This document shows, piece by piece, positions 1 through 13,687 of a stretch of 64,000 bases of DNA (positions are counted from its first letter, which is position 1; every line of letters begins with the position of its first letter). The stretch is from Octopus bimaculoides (taxonomy: Eukaryota): contig NC_068992.1 of the NCBI RefSeq assembly GCF_001194135.2, positions 50,689,756 through 50,753,755 of the forward strand, in the 5' to 3' direction. The notes under the pieces are model-generated. The model saw only the letters and a program-made list of their open reading frames with translations. It searched no databases and had not been told where the DNA came from. A program made the position numbers and the translations under genes.

Positions 1-960
1 TTACCTCGATAAGCAAGTCTATTCCTAAAGTTTGTAGTCGACTTATTTTACAGATCAGTTATCATCATAATTCTCTTTGGAATGACCCGGGTTCTTGATC
101 CACGAATGAATAGTATATACGGACATTTTTAGCATATTAAATGAAATTAATTTAGTAATTGTTTATTACAGCTGAGTAGTAATATTCTTATAATTAATGT
201 CACAAGACCTATTCAGAAACGTTGGTGCAATGATTGCATCGAAGTAATATTGGCTGGTATCATGAGGGATTCATTGCTGGCTTGGATACAATTATTACAA
301 CTGCATCTTATATTTGAGAGAAGGATACTAGACACTCAGTGCATCACAAACGCAGAAGTAGAGCAGATGTAATTATTGGAAGCCATTGATAATTATTGTA
401 GTGTTAATTGGTCGATGTTCCCTAATTAATGGCTTTAGTATTGATGTTATTATTGTTGTTATTGTCCTCACGTTGCGTAATTATTATTGGCAATGTGGAA
501 ATTTAATCGCATTTGCTACACGCGATGACACATCGTAATTTTCTTGTGTTTCAAAGAGACAAATATTTAAAAGAGAGAATTCAATACAGACTATGAGACA
601 GTAAAAGTGCCTGTGAGTGTCACGGTGATATGCTAGAAATATCAACTACTTTCTCCATAAATCATATGTATACAATTTAGTAAAAACAATATTTTAGATT
701 ATGAACACGGTCTTCATTTGAAAACTAAAAAAAACTTAACATCATTGTCAAATTCGGACTTTTTTTTATCATAGCTCACAAAAAATATAGATTAAAATTT
801 GATGAAAATAAGAAATCGGAAACATAAGACAACCTAAAATTTTTGTACCATAATATATTTTCATTTAAATTTTCAGATTTGAAAATATATTCTTAATAAT
901 TTAACCAGAAAAGCGACACTTAGAAGCATGAACATGTCGACCTCTGCAAAATGTAAGATT

Positions 961-1013
961 GTATGTATGTATGTACGTATGTATGTATGTATGTATGTAT
1001 GTATGTATGTATG
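961..1013. repeat. (TATG)n microsatellite
   Basis: Near-perfect GTAT tandem array directly upstream of a SINE head. Confidence 0.95.
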
Positions 1014-1029
1014 CGTGCATGCATGTGAA

Positions 1030-1351
1030 GGCGCGTGGCTTAGCGGTTAGGGTATTAGACTCACAATTATGAGGTAATGAGTTCAATTCCTGGCGACGCG
1101 TTGTGTTCTTGAGCAAGATACTTTATTTAACGTTGCTCCAGTTTACTCAGCTGGCACACATGAGCAGTATCTGTATTTAAAAGGGCCGGTATTGTCATAT
1201 TGTCTATCACGCTGATTTTCCTTGAGAACTATGTTAAGGGTACGCGTGTCTGTGGAGTTCTCAGCCACATGCACGTTAATTTCACGAGCAGCCTGTCCCG
1301 TTGATCGGATCAACTGAAACTCTTGTCGTCGTAACCGACGGAGTACCAGTG
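1030..1351 (+). mobile_element. tRNA-derived SINE, local family A, apparently full length
   Basis: tRNA-like head with A-box TGGCTTAGCGG (1036-1046) and B-box GAGTTCAATTCC (1079-1090), then the GTTGTGTTCTTGAGCAAGATACTT motif common after SINE tRNA heads. The body recurs at 57433-57551 and the 3' end motif recurs near 51984-52010. Confidence 0.85.
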
Positions 1352-1356
1352 ATGTA

Positions 1357-1400
<44 letters not shown>

Positions 1401-2368
1401 NNNNNNNNNNNNNNNNNNNNNNNNNNNNNNNNNNNNNNNNNNNNNNNNNNNNNNNNNNNNNNNNNNNNNNNNNNNNNNNNNNNNNNNNNNNNNNNNNNNN
1501 NNNNNNNNNNNNNNNNNNNNNNNNNNNNNNNNNNNNNNNNNNNNNNNNNNNNNNNNNNNNNNNNNNNNNNNNNNNNNNNNNNNNNNNNNNNNNNNNNNNN
1601 NNNNNNNNNNNNNNNNNNNNNNNNNNNNNNNNNNNNNNNNNNNNNNNNNNNNNNNNNNNNNNNNNNNNNNNNNNNNNNNNNNNNNNNNNNNNNNNNNNNN
1701 NNNNNNNNNNNNNNNNNNNNNNNNNNNNNNNNNNNNNNNNNNNNNNNNNNNNNNNNNNNNNNNNNNNNNNNNNNNNNNNNNNNNNNNNNNNNNNNNNNNN
1801 NNNNNNNNNNNNNNNNNNNNNNNNNNNNNNNNNNNNNNNNNNNNNNNNNNNNNNNNNNNNNNNNNNNNNNNNNNNNNNNNNNNNNNNNNNNNNNNNNNNN
1901 NNNNNNNNNNNNNNNNNNNNNNNNNNNNNNNNNNNNNNNNNNNNNNNNNNNNNNNNNNNNNNNNNNNNNNNNNNNNNNNNNNNNNNNNNNNNNNNNNNNN
2001 NNNNNNNNNNNNNNNNNNNNNNNNNNNNNNNNNNNNNNNNNNNNNNNNNNNNNNNNNNNNNNNNNNNNNNNNNNNNNNNNNNNNNNNNNNNNNNNNNNNN
2101 NNNNNNNNNNNNNNNNNNNNNNNNNNNNNNNNNNNNNNNNNNNNNNNNNNNNNNNNNNNNNNNNNNNNNNNNNNNNNNNNNNNNNNNNNNNNNNNNNNNN
2201 NNNNNNNNNNNNNNNNNNNNNNNNNNNNNNNNNNNNNNNNNNNNNNNNNNNNNNNNNNNNNNNNNNNNNNNNNNNNNNNNNNNNNNNNNNNNNNNNNNNN
2301 NNNNNNNNNNNNNNNNNNNNNNNNNNNNNNNNNNNNNNNNNNNNNNNNNNNNNNNNNNNNNNNNNNNN
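1401..2368. other. Assembly gap. Other gaps: 11875-12015, 13712-14359, 15372-15520, 17559-17568, 19274-19430, 20999-21570, 23403-23679, 27619-28302, 56428-56468, 63529-63538
   Basis: Runs of N, mostly bordered by (TA)n or related simple repeats. Confidence 0.99.
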
Positions 2369-2815
2369 ATATTTATATATATTCAAATTACATGAAACAT
2401 ACACTGATACACACACAAACGACCAGACGCATAAAGCACACACAAACACAAACAAGAGAAATGTTGACAAATTGAGAAAATTATGTCTGACTTACTTTGC
2501 AACTGAGAGTAACACGTAATTAATTTGATTTTCTATTTATATAGATATGCCTGACTGCTTCAGACATTGCCTCGCATCATTTTAGTTTAAAAATGGTGAT
2601 TTAAAGCATCTCTAGAGTGGTTATTATGTCTGTCTTCTTCTGACATTGGTTGCTTCCTTACTGATGGTGTTCTTATTCAAAGTGCACTTGTTCTTGTCGT
2701 TTCTTATAACGCTGATGTTATGTTCAGGAAATGGTTATATCTATATTTATATAAGTAGGCATATATGATGTATGTATTTTATGATGGATGTCTGCATATA
2801 TATATTGTGATATAA

Positions 2816-2816
<1 letters not shown>

Positions 2817-2865
<49 letters not shown>

Positions 2866-2931
2866 ACACACATACACATATTGATATATAAAGTAGGAAT
2901 GTAGGAATGCTGTTAAGCAAAACACATAGTC

Positions 2932-2972
<41 letters not shown>

Positions 2973-2985
2973 TTATGTATATATA

Positions 2986-3069
<84 letters not shown>

Positions 3070-3205
3070 CATATATATACATACACACACATATGTACAT
3101 GTATACACAGATAGGTATATAAATATATATACGTAGATACAACATATATATATGTATGCAATTATATATATATGCACACTCACACACACACACACACACA
3201 CATTA
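2817..3205. repeat. Compound (CA)n/(TA)n/(TG)n microsatellite field
   Basis: Alternating dinucleotide arrays; the source of the HTHT/YIYI/CVCV pseudo-ORFs. Confidence 0.95.
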
Positions 3206-4046
3206 ACACATATTAAGAAGTAGGTATATTGAGACATAAATGCATGTATACATGAACGGAACAATTAGAATGTAGCAACCGTACATTGCAAAAGGCAAAT
3301 ACAACAATAATAATAAGAACAATAATCTAAAACACGAAGGAAAATCATAATGGAAAACAAGTCACGACACAAAATATTAGGAACTGCAAGAAAAAATCTA
3401 TAGATAGGTAAACATTATATAAAATAATATAAAAACAAAAGAATCTCACAAAATATGAGTGTAATAATTTGTGATAAAATCTAAATGAGCAAATCTCCTA
3501 ATATTTATGTGTTCCCATGTCTGACATGCTTCAGTGAATGTTCAGCCTAGAATGACATTTTATTAATCCAATACACTAAAACGAAATAGAAGCTAATTCT
3601 TGGTGTGGAGTTTACGTAACTAATGACTTGTTGTTGGTGGCTAAAAACTAAAACTTTTAGCTTTTGTATTGTTTCATTCTGCTTCTTTGTCGTATAAATA
3701 ACATTCAGCACAAGAGTGATGATCTCGTTATACTATATTACCTTCATATCAAAGTTCTGACGGCAGGCAGACATTATGTCAGGTTATATCTACGTAGAGC
3801 CGAACAGGAATTGGTAGTGGATGTAAATATGCATAATGTACAATATATGACATTATATAACATATGTGTGTGTGTGTGTATGTGTGTGCTTGTATTTGTA
3901 TGTGTAAGAGTGTATATACATGTATATGATTTATGTAAAGTAAGTATCCTTGTATGCATTTATGTACGCACATATTTATACATACATACAGACCATGTGC
4001 GAGAGAGAGAGAGAGAGTTATATGCATATTCGTTTTATGTATACGC

Positions 4047-4089
<43 letters not shown>

Positions 4090-4980
4090 CATATATATTT
4101 CTGAATATTTTCATACGCCTGAATGTGTGTGTGTATCTGTATGTAGTTATTCTGTACAACTCTGTAGGCAACATAAGTGACACTATGCATCCATGCGAAT
4201 ATATAAACGTACAACATACTCGCTTATACACACATTTGTCTGTGCGTGCATATAATCTCCACGCACATGCATACATATATCTATATACATAAGCGTATTC
4301 AAATGCATGTCTTCATATATTTGTTATCCTTACATCATCTCTAAAATACGTCATAGATATATGTGTGTGTGTGTATAAATGTATAAATCTATGTCTATGG
4401 TATATATTTATATACATATTCATATGCATTTATTTGTCTCAGCTACTAATGCAGGCAGATATATTAATGCTTGGTATTCTCTGGTTTTCTATCTCACTGT
4501 TAGATTACAACATCGTGGATCTATCACTAAATTTACTTTTGTTGTTAGAGGCAGTTTACTAATGTCCATGGACTACGTCTTTTTTCTGTCAACATTCATC
4601 ATGTCAAATATCCGTTTAAAAGTTTCTTTTACGTTACACTCAAGAATTATTCTCATTCATTCTATTCGTTTGTTTAACCTTTTGTGTTAATTTCTTTTAA
4701 TTGTAGTTCGTTATAAAGCATAACGAATTGTTAGGTGAGTTGTTAATATTTCACGAACCACATCGTTTATAGGGTCTCTCTACCAACGGCCAATGCAAAG
4801 CTTGTACAGATATGAGCGCATTGGTAATGGTCTAAATATTTAAACAGTTTTACGGTCAAACTGGTTAATTGCGTAGCAGGTAATGATAGCATATCTTGTT
4901 AGTAAAATAATGTACAAGCATCTTTTGTACAACAATTTGTATCCGTAAATTACTTTATTTCCTGCTTGTTACGAATAGAA

Positions 4981-5170
4981 ATGTGTTAAAAAGAACACGT
5001 GTGCTAAGTAAATGACGTGTTAGGAAGATAGTTAAGATTTATTAAGAAAAAGAAGATAGATTTGTTATGAATAGAGGTATATTAAGGAAAGTGATATGTT
5101 GAGAAAAGAGGTGTGTTTAGGAAAGTGATGTGTTAAGAAAATGTATGTGTTAAGAAAAAAGGTGTGCTGA
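4981..5170. repeat. Degenerate ~17-bp minisatellite (TGTGTTAAGAAAAxxxx)
   Basis: Units such as tgtgtttaggaaagtga, tgtgttaagaaaatgta and tgtgttaagaaaaaagg; clearest at 5088-5170. Confidence 0.6.
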
Positions 5171-5233
5171 GCAGCGTAATGTGTTCTATCTCTGTTATAT
5201 ATGTTAATGTATGAAAACTCTGTAATAATAGTA

Positions 5234-5328
5234 ATGCAAATAAACCGGTGCGCATTTGCATCGGTGAACGTTCATTCAGATGTGAAATCTTAGAATAAAT
5301 ATGATTGGATAGAAGGAGGAATGCAAAT
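5234..5328. promoter_or_regulatory. Cluster of three POU octamer motifs (candidate enhancer)
   Basis: ATGCAAAT 5234-5241, ATTTGCAT 5254-5261, ATGCAAAT 5321-5328. Motif match only. Confidence 0.25.
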
Positions 5329-6982
5329 TCTAAAGTTTCGCGTTGCTATATCTGAACTAAGAGTAGAAGTATTTGAAGTAATTCCTTAGTTATTGTAACC
5401 ATGCTAAAAACAACTCGGCTATTAGAATTTACAGTCCTCAATGTATTCATATTTCCTTATAGTATGAGGAAGACTTGATCTACTACGGGAATGTCTACTC
5501 ATGACAGAAAACCTTGACGCTAATGGATGGATGTATGATAGGAATATATCTAATATAACAAAAAAAGTTTATAATTTTCAATAAACATTTAGATTACCGT
5601 TGAAGGGCTAGCAGTGCCCGTTTGGATCTTATATTACATGGTCTTATATTACATCTGTTACCATGACACTTTGTTTTATTCTTCCATTCAGCGTGTGAAT
5701 CACTGCATTGTCAAATCCATCCGGTAGAAATAGTAGCTGAATATATGAAATTAAACACTATTGTTAGTAACGATACGAAGTATAAAGTATTGTATAATCA
5801 AATCGCAAATATGTTTTAAAAACATAGAATAGTAATGTTTACCTAGTTTTCATCACACATTTCTTTTAGATAGTTCCTAGGGTCAAGCAGCAGAAGCAGT
5901 ATCGCTAACAGCAACAGAGACAACAACAAAGATAACAACAACAGTTCATCTCAAACTCGTCTTTGTTTTGTTATGAATTGTTGCCGTCTGTAGGGGACGT
6001 TTCCTGGCATTAGATTTAGAAGGTATTGAAGACGGATAGAAGTGGTTGTAAAAGGTGCATTGCAATATCAATGTTTCTTTACTTTCAGGGGTCGAAATTG
6101 ACACCTGTGCATTACGGGATATTCGATGGAAGCTAAAACAATGTAATCTATCCAAATAGCCCCTCAGGATTAAAAAAATCGCTGCAAAACCGGTGATGTA
6201 TAGAATTACCAAAGCAACAATTATACAGTGATACTATTGATAGAAATTACTTTCAACGAATGAAAAATAATCAATCTTACTAAGATTACACTATTCTTTA
6301 GAGAAAATCATGCAAAAATGATATCATCATTATTTTACATTTATATTACTGTTTATTTCATTACCGTGCTACTGTAGTTTTTGGTGACATTAATATTATA
6401 TTTCTTGTTGTTGATAGAATTGTCAACGTTGAGGTTTCTTGTCCTCTCTTATTTTAATAAGCCTGCCAAATTTAGTAAATTTGCAAGCACCATATTTTCC
6501 GGCATAGAGGCCGGCGTATTATATAGTGTAAACATACAGTTTAAACTTTTCAAAATCCTCCTCTATTTCACGTGGAATTTCTCATCCTCCAAAATTATTT
6601 CCTTATGCTATTACACTGTTATGCTGCGAATTACAAACATTATAGCAGCGAAATTTACGTAGCATGAAATTTGTAATATGTTGAAATAGAACTTTGTACA
6701 ACCAATAGTGAAAAACCATTGATCGAATACATGTACTTATAGACATTGGAGTATTCCAGTAAATAACAATACTACGATTTAAACAGGGCGGGGGAATCTC
6801 ACATATCATTTGTTAATTTTCTGTATCCGAGTAGTAACTAATTCGTAGTTTTTTTGTATGTGTTTCTTATACCACGAATCATAAATATGAAAACAATAAT
6901 AATGATAATGCAAGCACAGAGATGTGCTAAATATAATTATAAAAGGAAGATATCGGAGAAGAGATGATGTCGGCGGAGGAGA

Positions 6983-6988
<6 letters not shown>

Positions 6989-7066
<78 letters not shown>
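6989..7066. repeat. (GA)n microsatellite
   Basis: Perfect AG array. Confidence 0.97.
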
Positions 7067-7069
<3 letters not shown>

Positions 7070-10000
7070 GGGAGAAAAGAGATAATATGGTTCCAGAAGT
7101 AGTAAAACTGCGAAAATTCATTTGAAATCGTGAGAAACGATGTAAAACCTTTAAACTGCTATTATTTTGCTCAACAATGGTTGCATCGAAGTTGAGTTAA
7201 CAGTTCTTTTGTCTAATTCATTCAATGAAACGATGTTCATTCGAGATCAATAGATTTGTCAGTAAATTGGGATGTAACAACTGAAACATTAAAAAAGGAA
7301 TGTGAAATAAAATAAAGATGGACATAAGAAAGCAGAGATTATCTTCAGAAAACTATAACTCTTTATATTTATCTGTCAGTCGCCTTTCTTTCTATCCACA
7401 ACTGACTATCAGCATAAGTTTTCGAGTGTCCGTGTATCTGTGTCTTTGTACATACATATAAACATAAATACATACATATACACATACACACAGCTATTTA
7501 TATATACATACGTCTGTGTGTGTGTGTATGAAATAGATTGCGGCAATGTTGTTGGTTGCCGAACATTTGCAGTGAAATTCACCATCTGCGCTTCTCTTCT
7601 TCAAAATTCTGTGAGAGACGAACTACACACCTTCTAATTTCCCCACTTCTTCTCAAACAGACTTGCATTCAACTTAATGCCAATAATTCGGATTTACCGT
7701 TTTTGTGTTCCGGGAGAATACTAACATATACCATTCTTATTATAGTCATACTTCAACTGCACCTGTACCAGCCAAGTATGAGCTATCCTTTTGTTTAAAT
7801 ATGTATAGGGTACAATGTGATCACCTACCTATTTTTATGCCCGTTTAACCTTTTATTCTATACATACACATGTATAAATACATGGACATACGCATACACA
7901 CACACGCGCGTGCGCATACACATCAGAATTTTTGATTAGCCGTACGATTTGAAGCAAGACAAGAAAGTTCAAGATGAGAAAGCGTCCTTATTTTCATCCC
8001 TTTTCAAAACCCTTCTCAATAGGACACAAATAGAGAACAGGTTGCAGAATTAAAACATGGACAGAAATGCTAAAAATTACTTTCAAGTTAAAACATTAAC
8101 AATTTACTTCAGTCAACCAGGATTATTAAATTCATGAATCCTAGTTCATCCTCATTCGTAGATTTAAAAAGAAGCTGCTTCTAATGCGATCCAACGTACA
8201 TACTTTATTTTCTAACTCACTTTTATATATTTATTTATTTTTTAATGGAAATTTTTATCTGTGCTAAACGTTATCCAGGCCATGTAAAAGTCCTAACTTT
8301 TACAAAGCCTTATGTCAGTCGTAATAATTTAAAATTATTATCCCGAAAATAAACTTACTCAAATACATTTTTTAACATACTTTATTAATTTCTAACATAA
8401 ATCCTTCAAAACAATATACCTTATATATTTTCATCTTTTTTCTTCTGCTTTATTTCTATTGTTTTTCATTTTACGAAAGTTCTGCTATTTCTTTGGTATA
8501 TTTTCCCTTTATTTGTAATTTTATATTAGAATAACTTCAGTTTATATTTACAATACATCTATCCATATTTCATTGTCAAACACTTCATTATTACATACGT
8601 ATTGATATACCTTCATAATAATCAATGTTGACCATCCTCTTGAATTTTGGATATTTTTATGCGTATATACATACAGGGAGGAGATATATTGTTTATTTGT
8701 ATACACTTCACTTAATTTATTATTTATTACTTATTTGCTCGTACACTTAGGTATTTCTTATTTAGTTTATCTTTTATTGATTATTTGTATTCACCAGTAA
8801 CTATTCTTATTATTCGCTTAGGGATACTCACTCCATTGCGTTTATTTTTAAATTCTCCCTTATCAATTCTTTCAGTTCTAATCTTAGTTTAATAGTTTTA
8901 TTTATTTTCATTTCTATTTCCCATCATTATTTCTGGCTTTTAAGAATTACCATTTATCATTTACCATTTATCATTTGCTGTATATCATTCATCATTTACA
9001 ATGCATATCATATCATTTAACCATTTCCGAAAATTCCTTAGATTTCCATAATTTATCACCAACTACATTATTTTGTATTATTTTCATTGTAGGTTATTTC
9101 TTATTTCAACTATTTCACACTAACCTTTCACATCCCACACTTTAAATTTATTATTTGTTTTATATCTATATTTTAAATTTCTCTTCTTATTCTTTTATCA
9201 TATACTTTAGATTTTACTTGATATATTTTATTATTATATTCTATTAATCTATATATCTGGTCTATACTCTTCACGTCTTACATGAAATATATTATTCCGG
9301 CTTCTACTAAATTTATAACTTATTTTTATGATACATTTTCGTGCCCATTTATGCATTGGTCCGTTATATATTTTCCTTTACGTCAAACTTTTAAAAAAAT
9401 ATTTAAAAACACACACAAGACATTTTCCATTCATCTTATACACGAAAAACAAAGAGTTTTCCGACACTCTGAAAATATTTAATTCTAAGGTTATAAATAT
9501 GAAACACATTACGGACTCATCCAGACATAGATATAACCATAAATCAGTTTCTTATTTTCGCATTATTACGCAAAAGTAAAGGTTTCTACCACACTACATA
9601 GCTACGTTGATATATTTATCTACCACAACCTCAAACATTCTGAATATCTGTCTCACAAGCATCCACTAACTTGGCCTTTACTTTCCGAATTAATGAAGGT
9701 CATCACTAATGTAGCTGACGTAAACCCAGTTTTTTTTGCCATATTTTTGATGAAATACAATGATTTTATTTCATAGTAAAATACACTTTGTCATTGGTGG
9801 GTTTCAGGAACAGAAATTATCATTAAATTTTCATGTAAGTTTTTAATTTGTATGACTTTAAATAGGAAGTTGTTTTTATTATCATAGAAGTGGGAGCGAT
9901 TTCAAGAGGTTTGGTATGAAAGTGGTTACGCCAAGGATGAGAGCAAGAAAGTAGTTATATAGAGTGATGGAAACACATCTCTTGCAGTGTTGTGTTTCTC

Positions 10001-13000
10001 AGGAAGATATTCCTTATCGACTTATTTATTTACACAAAGGCCGTATATTTAATGGGGGTGAGCAGAAATTGTATTCTTTTCTACCTGTGATTAGACTAAT
10101 GAAATTTTCGTTGGATTTAAAGTGAACCAATATGAACTCCACTACGAACTGGATAGTAATCTCAATCTGATAGGAGCTTTCCTCTTCATGTACGTTTTTC
10201 GAAATAATACATTACATTATCTCAAGAGGTTTGATATTTTAAACATTTATTCAATCTCCTTTACTACATAGCAGTAATTATTTCATTGATGATAAGAAAA
10301 ACTTTTAAAACTTTTACATTTTAACGAAAAACTCTGCTTGAAATCTCAAAGGGATTTCGACGTGGTATATAATTTAAAATCTAAAATTCTAAGATGTTTT
10401 ATTGATTTATGAAAATAATAATGTTCAAGCTTATCATCGCCGAGAGAGATTTTATGAGCCAACTGATGTTTCATACAATGCATTTAATAAGACGTACCAT
10501 TATGAATTAACCAGGCGTGGAAAGTTCTGATTAGAATAATAAATTAGTTTGCACTCTGTTCCATTTATTACCGAACGATAAAGGCATTTCAATAAGTACA
10601 AAAGCCTAAATGAGTATGTCTTTAATTAAATCTTCTGCAGGTTAAGCAGAAACACTGATCTCATGAAATTGATTAACACTAATCGCCAGATATGCAATTT
10701 CCTGCTTTGGCTGATGATAAAGAGTAGGGGTGGTTCCATTTGCTTGTGGGGTGTAAAGGGGCATTAATTAAAAGTAATTCTTCATAAAGACAAACCCACT
10801 GGGAAAGTCTTTACAGAGTTATTTTTCTGCGAGAAATAACAACCAAATCTATTGTCTTGAAAATCCCATATTGGATCATGTAATCTCAGATGCTGTAGAT
10901 CTGCGAAACTGAACAAAACTTAATTGAAAAGAAAAGAAGCTATTTGTGTCTATTATTAAAAATATTTATTGAATAGTGTTGCTCAAAAGCTAGACAAAAA
11001 CAACAACTAAAACGACTTTATAAGATACACCAAAAAGCAAAACCTACCTGTCGGTTTTAGGGAGTAAAATTTGGGATTCAGGCACATATTAAGAGTATTC
11101 ATAATATCTGAATCATTGACACCTAGGCTTATAGTGTCAGGCGTCTAAAAGTTTCAACTATTCAATCGAAAATCACAAAAAAAGTGTTGCTATTATAACG
11201 AATATTATATCATACATATCGTAACAATCCTCTTTCACAAGCTAAACTTTTAGTTTCAGTGACAAAGTAAATCAAATTTAAATTCAGCTTAAAGTAGAAG
11301 CCATCTTCTATTCCTTATTAGGAGTGATATTTATCCCTTACGAAGCATAATATTTCACAAAACACATGTATTTTATATACAAAAAGGTATATGTTAATAG
11401 AAGACGAAATTGAGTATTTTCATGTATATGATAATTTTCATGGCATTAGTTGGGAATCGATATTATTCTGAAGCTTGTGAACACAATATGGCTATATCCA
11501 TAAATGTATTTTTTATTACTACATGACCACAGAATTGGAAAATTGAAACCGTATCTCTGGCAATAAACGATAAAACAAGATGTTCAACGCACTACAATTT
11601 ATGTATTCACGTAAATATGTAAATTGCTGCTATGAAATATAAGAACATATCGTTGCTGAATACGTTAACTTCGATATTTTTGCATGGCTGTGTGGTTAAC
11701 ACGTTTGTTTCGCAGTCCTGTATTTTCGACCTGAGATGTACTACATGCCAAATCGTAATATTTTTGCTCTGATTCAAAATCCATTTTTAAGTGGGGATGC
11801 ATGCTACCTTTTTGTATCAATATTACCTGTGTCGCTCATTATACATACATACATTTATATATATATATATATATNNNNNNNNNNNNNNNNNNNNNNNNNN
11901 NNNNNNNNNNNNNNNNNNNNNNNNNNNNNNNNNNNNNNNNNNNNNNNNNNNNNNNNNNNNNNNNNNNNNNNNNNNNNNNNNNNNNNNNNNNNNNNNNNNN
12001 NNNNNNNNNNNNNNNATATATACAGTGAGAATTGTGAATTGAGAATTTAACAGGTTAAAAAATGAATTCTAACACAAAAATAGAGTCAGCTTATCCTTTA
12101 CAGCATCCTCACAATTTCTTTCGACCAGATATAATTTACTGGACTTTATTACCTTGACGATACGGGAAAGTGACTTTCCAAGAGTGCTTTGGATTGGGAT
12201 CGAATCCGAATCCCGGGCATTGCCGAGTAGGCGCCTTCATAGCATAGTGTTATTTCGTCAGCAGTGAATATCGAGCAACAGTTTGACGCAGAACGTAAAG
12301 GGACATACCTCAAACCATACGTTCGTTCTAACATTCTAATGTTTTGTCATCTACGATTTCTTTGTTTTATTATTTGTTCGTAAGTAGGAAATTGTAAAAT
12401 ATCTTACTATAGAAACTATAATACTTACAGCTACACATTTGTCTTTGTCTTTGTTTCAAGAACAAACCAGTATGTACATTGGGAATGGGTCTAAGTGATT
12501 GAGTGCTTAATTCTATTAGATAATTGGTGATTATTTTTTCAGGGTCTCACAAAAAAAAGAAAAGCGAAGTCAATTACAGATTAATTGCAAAGTTTGAACT
12601 CAGTCTGTCGGATCTAGTTTATGACATAAAACTGAAAATTATTGACTTAATATAAAGCAGGAATTATTGAATTATTATGCAGACATACTGATTTATTTTA
12701 TTAACAATCTCTTGAAGTCTATTTGGGGAAATAACGAAATATAAATCTTAGATGACAGATGGTTATCTATCGTTAAAGCAGTTTACAATAGATACAGCAT
12801 TATTCATTATCGTCTCAAATTTCTGCAATCTTAAAGGTGAAACAATTTTTCAGCTGGCCTCTTATCTATCACTGCTAGATTAGCGCTGTTTATCTTGATT
12901 CACTATAACTATTGGTAATGCAGAGCTGATGGATTGTGTGATTGTTTATGGGAAGGTGAACTCTTATCCATTCCTCGCATTTACCATTCTGACAAACAGA

Positions 13001-13241
13001 TCAGTTAAACCAGAGAGCTACAGCAGCAATGACACATTAAAACTAAGCATTTCGTCGTTACTACAAGTCGACACCTTTCTACTGATTGTATATAACTCTA
13101 CCTCAAATACGTATTGGAGACAATGGACGTATGGAAAGTAAGAACAATTCTATTAAAATATGTACGTAGAAAATAAGAGTACAACAGTAAGCAATGAACA
13201 ATGTTGACGATTCAGGCAAACAATACTGAAGGAGTATATAA

Positions 13242-13452
13242 GGTTGGGAGCTGGCAGAGGCGTTAGCACGCCGGGTGAAATGCTTAGCGGTGTTTCGTCT
13301 GTCTTTACGTTCTGAGTTCAAATTCCGACGAGGTTGACTTTGCTTTCATCCTTTCGTGGTCAATAAATTAAGTACCAGTTGTGTACTGAGATCGATCTAA
13401 TCGACTGGCTCCATTCCCCAAAATTTCGGGCCTCTCGCCTAGAGTAGAAAAG
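13242..13452 (+). mobile_element. tRNA-derived SINE, local family B, with 20-bp target-site duplication
   Basis: Head GAGCTGGCAGAGGCGTTAGC and B-box GAGTTCAAATTCC. Flanked by aatactgaaggagtatataa (13222-13241) and aatactaaaggagtatataa (13453-13472). Homologous copies elsewhere in the window. Confidence 0.9.
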
Positions 13453-13612
13453 AATACTAAAGGAGTATATAATTATATTTGTGCTGAAAGTACTCTCTGG
13501 TGCTACTCAGATTTTCACAATTCTTTGCTGATGCCGGCAACTTTGATCTCGTAAAGAATCGCGTAACACGAAGTAGTAATGGAATCTAAAGTCTCCAATA
13601 AACAAATTATCG

Positions 13613-13613
<1 letters not shown>

Positions 13614-13687
<74 letters not shown>
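13614..13687. repeat. (TATC)n microsatellite
   Basis: Perfect tetranucleotide array; another lies at 15521-15590. Confidence 0.97.

Noticed and set aside
1030-1095. tRNA gene
   Set aside because: The A and B boxes continue into a repeated SINE body and the acceptor stem is not intact, so this is a SINE head and not a tRNA.
8280-9250. Pyrimidine-rich AT block as an antisense L1/Tx1 relic
   Set aside because: Only compositional hints and no diagnostic motif; left unannotated.
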